Assembly (NCBI GenBank): GCA_035693225.1
Contig: DASSGV010000073.1
Span: 24,692-88,691 of the forward strand
Origin: Gemmatimonadales bacterium
Lineage (GTDB): Bacteria; Gemmatimonadota; Gemmatimonadetes; Gemmatimonadales; GWC2-71-9
Reading direction: 5' to 3'
DNA: 64,000 nt
Position numbers and translations under genes: made by a program. The notes beneath the pieces were generated by a model that saw only the letters and a list, made by a program, of their open reading frames with translations, did no database searches and was not told where the DNA came from. Below, piece by piece: positions 62,028-64,000 of this stretch; position 1 is the stretch's first letter; every line of letters starts with the position of its first letter.

Positions 62028-62179
62028 CGCTCGGATTTCCTCGGTTGCCGGGGGAAGTACCCTCCACCCAGCTTCAGGCGGAGCGTCAAAGGATAACCGC
62101 CAGAACTACCTGGGGCAATCGACCGGGACCCGCCGCGGACCGCACGCCGACACGCTTTCCGGCCCGGGCGGCAGGCCCG

Positions 62180-63424
62180 CTATCGGGCCGGACCGGGATA
62201 GATCAGGAATGGTGCCCGCCGCGCAAGGAACGCGGCGCGCGCCGCGGCCCACCTCCCCGCGATGCGGGCCGGAGCCTCACCCCGTTCAAGCGCCGATCGA
62301 AGCTCCCTGCCACCCGCGAGCCGGTCGAATTGGGCGGGGAGGAACGCGAACCTCCCCGGATGCAGCGCACGGATGACGCTCAGCAGGTACACCGCGGTCA
62401 CGGTGGGGTCATAGGTCGCGCGGTCGGTGACGGTGAGGCGGATGCCGCTGAGCAGCGTATCGGCATATTTCCCATCCCCGGGCCCGGCAGGCGTGAAGGT
62501 GACGCCGCGGAACGCGACCCCCGGCAGTCGGATCCGGCGCAACCGCGCCAACACGGCGACGGTATCGAGCCACGGCGCCCCGACCTGTTCGAACGGCGCG
62601 TCACTCCCCCGCCCGACGGAGAGGTCGGTCCCTTCGAAGAGACAGAGCCCGGGATAGTGGAACAGGCTCTCGAGGGTCGGGAGGTTCGGGCTGGGCGACA
62701 CGAACGGCAATCCGGTGGCGTCGAATGCCTGGTCGCGACGCCACCCGCGGACCGGGATCACCGACAGGTCGGTGGTGAGCTTGAGATCGCTCCGGGCCAG
62801 GCGCGCCAGCTCGCCCAGCGTCATCCCGTACCGCATCGGCACCGCCAGGAGTCCCACGTCGGAGGAGAACGCCGGATCCAGGACGTTCCCCTGCACCGCC
62901 CCACCGATCGGGTCGGGGCGGTCCAGGATCACCACCGGCGTGTGGGCGCGCGACGCACCCCGCATCACATCGACCGTGGTGGCCAGATAGGTGTAGTAGC
63001 GCGCCCCGACGTCCTGCAGGTCCACGAGGAGGACATCCAGTCCGCTGAGGACCTGCGCCGACGGTACCCGCGTCGGGCCATAGAGGCTGTAGATTGGGAG
63101 ACCGGTGGCCGAGTCGGTGCCCGAGGCCACGGCGGCACCGGGCGCGGCGGTCCCGCGGTAGCCATGTTCGGGGCTGAAGAGCGCCACGACATCGATGCCG
63201 GCCGCGCGGAGCCTCTGGACGTCGCTCTCGCCCCGGGCATCAATGCCGGACTGGTTCGTGACGAGCCCGACGCGCCGGCCGCGCACCAGGGCCAGGCTGT
63301 CGGTGAGCAGCACATCGACCCCGGGTGCCACCGCGGCCGGCACCGGTACCAGCGAGGGAGCCGACCGGGCGCACCCGCCCGCGACCGCCACCAGCATACA
63401 TCCCACAGCGAGCCGTCCGTGCAT
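62180..63424 (-). CDS. namZ: DUF1343-family exo-beta-N-acetylmuramidase (NamZ-like) lipoprotein
   Basis: 414 aa with the lipobox VAVAGGC and VGLVTNQSGID...LFSPEHGYRG...IYSLYG. Confidence 0.85.
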   Translation of the reverse strand: MHGRLAVGCMLVAVAGGCARSAPSLVPVPAAVAPGVDVLLTDSLALVRGRRVGLVTNQSGIDARGESDVQRLRAAGIDVVALFSPEHGYRGTAAPGAAVASGTDSATGLPIYSLYGPTRVPSAQVLSGLDVLLVDLQDVGARYYTYLATTVDVMRGASRAHTPVVILDRPDPIGGAVQGNVLDPAFSSDVGLLAVPMRYGMTLGELARLARSDLKLTTDLSVIPVRGWRRDQAFDATGLPFVSPSPNLPTLESLFHYPGLCLFEGTDLSVGRGSDAPFEQVGAPWLDTVAVLARLRRIRLPGVAFRGVTFTPAGPGDGKYADTLLSGIRLTVTDRATYDPTVTAVYLLSVIRALHPGRFAFLPAQFDRLAGGRELRSALERGEAPARIAGRWAAARAAFLARRAPFLIYPGPAR

Positions 63425-64000
63425 CAGATACGCATCCTTGTGGTCCTGGCCCTCGCATCCACCGCCTGCGCGGCGAACGTCCGGGCGCCGGTCATTCCCG
63501 ATTCGGCGCCGCTCCTGCCGCGGCCGGTCGAGGTCACCGCGGTGATGGCACCACGCGCGGACAAGGTGAACATCAACGCGCTCCTGCTGCAGCTCACACC
63601 CCGGCAGAAGCTCGCCCAGCTCGTGATGCCCTGGGTGGCGGGGAACTACCAGGCCTTCGACGACTCGGCGCTCGTCCGCGCGACGGGATGGGTCGACTCG
63701 CTTCAGGTGGGCGGGATCATCGTGTCCACCGGCTCGCCCCTCGATGTGGCCGCCAAGCTCAATTTCCTGCAGCGGCGAAGCGCCCTCCCGCTCCTCGTGG
63801 CCGCCGACCTCGAGAGCGGCACCGCCGGCAGGTTCCTCGGCGGCACGGCCTTCCCCACCAATATGGGCGTGGCCGCCACCGGCCGGGAGCTCGACGCCTA
63901 CGAGATGGGGCGGATCACCGCCCTCGAAGGGCGGGCGGTCGGGATCGGCCTGGCACTGGCACCGGTCGCGGACGTCAACAACAATCCCGCCAACCCGATC
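63419..64000 (+). CDS. nagZ: GH3 beta-N-acetylhexosaminidase (NagZ-like) lipoprotein, 3'-truncated by the window edge
   Basis: This is not in the ORF track because the frame stays open to the window end. GTG 63419 (or 63440) opens MHQIRILVVLALASTAC..., followed by LTPRQKLAQLVM...LLVAADLESG...FPTNMGVAATG...APVADVNNNPANPI. Confidence 0.8.
   Translation, partial: MHQIRILVVLALASTACAANVRAPVIPDSAPLLPRPVEVTAVMAPRADKVNINALLLQLTPRQKLAQLVMPWVAGNYQAFDDSALVRATGWVDSLQVGGIIVSTGSPLDVAAKLNFLQRRSALPLLVAADLESGTAGRFLGGTAFPTNMGVAATGRELDAYEMGRITALEGRAVGIGLALAPVADVNNNPANPI

Overview
Very GC-rich chromosomal segment (third codon positions are almost all G/C) from a diderm bacterium: it has Tol/Exb genes, BamD and many lipobox signal peptides. 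The proteins look Gemmatimonadota-like, but that is inference only. I call about 66 protein genes, all but two on the minus strand, plus one tRNA-Leu(CAG). I see no rRNA, CRISPR array or recognisable mobile element. The genes sit in long co-directional trains joined by about twenty 4-nt start/stop overlaps (GTGA or ATGA). Left to right the content is: tolQ/tolR/TonB-like genes, an epimerase, a LysM protein, ssb, rimI-tsaB-tsaE, uvrB, an EVE-domain gene, a secreted MBL hydrolase, relA/spoT, a HEAT-repeat protein, a blaR1-like M56 peptidase with a HEAT C-terminus, blaI, radC, secA, nadD, bamD and TPR proteins. Then come a nucleotide-sugar block (UXS, ugd, DegT aminotransferase, WbpD-like acetyltransferase, carB, rmd-like, gmd), rpmB, the alpha ribosomal operon (rpmJ-rpsM-rpsK-rpsD-rpoA-rplQ), pyrF/pyrD, an amidase, smpB, tRNA-Leu, moeB, an Rrf2 regulator and aspA. 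The right part holds a flippase-like/DUF2334/GT4 lipid cluster, a GloB-like MBL, trxB, a redox train (Rossmann/Cys protein, two SDRs, bcp, PHP), 2-oxoacid dehydrogenase E1ab/E2, H+-PPase, ino1 with a CDP-alcohol phosphatidyltransferase, and namZ/nagZ. The most interesting items are these. (1) A BlaI/BlaR1-type switch whose sensor is a HEAT solenoid, with a second free HEAT protein and the dyad TGCTGA-N4-TCAGCA present at both promoter regions. (2) In-phase 7-8 bp tandem arrays sitting at or within about 15 nt of gene boundaries at four loci. (3) A GT4/DUF2334/MprF-flippase-like trio suggesting an aminoglycolipid pathway. (4) An inositol-phospholipid gene pair. (5) A PHP gene whose catalytic HxH motif lies upstream of any ATG/GTG/TTG. 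All family calls rest on motif recognition by eye; no database search was run.
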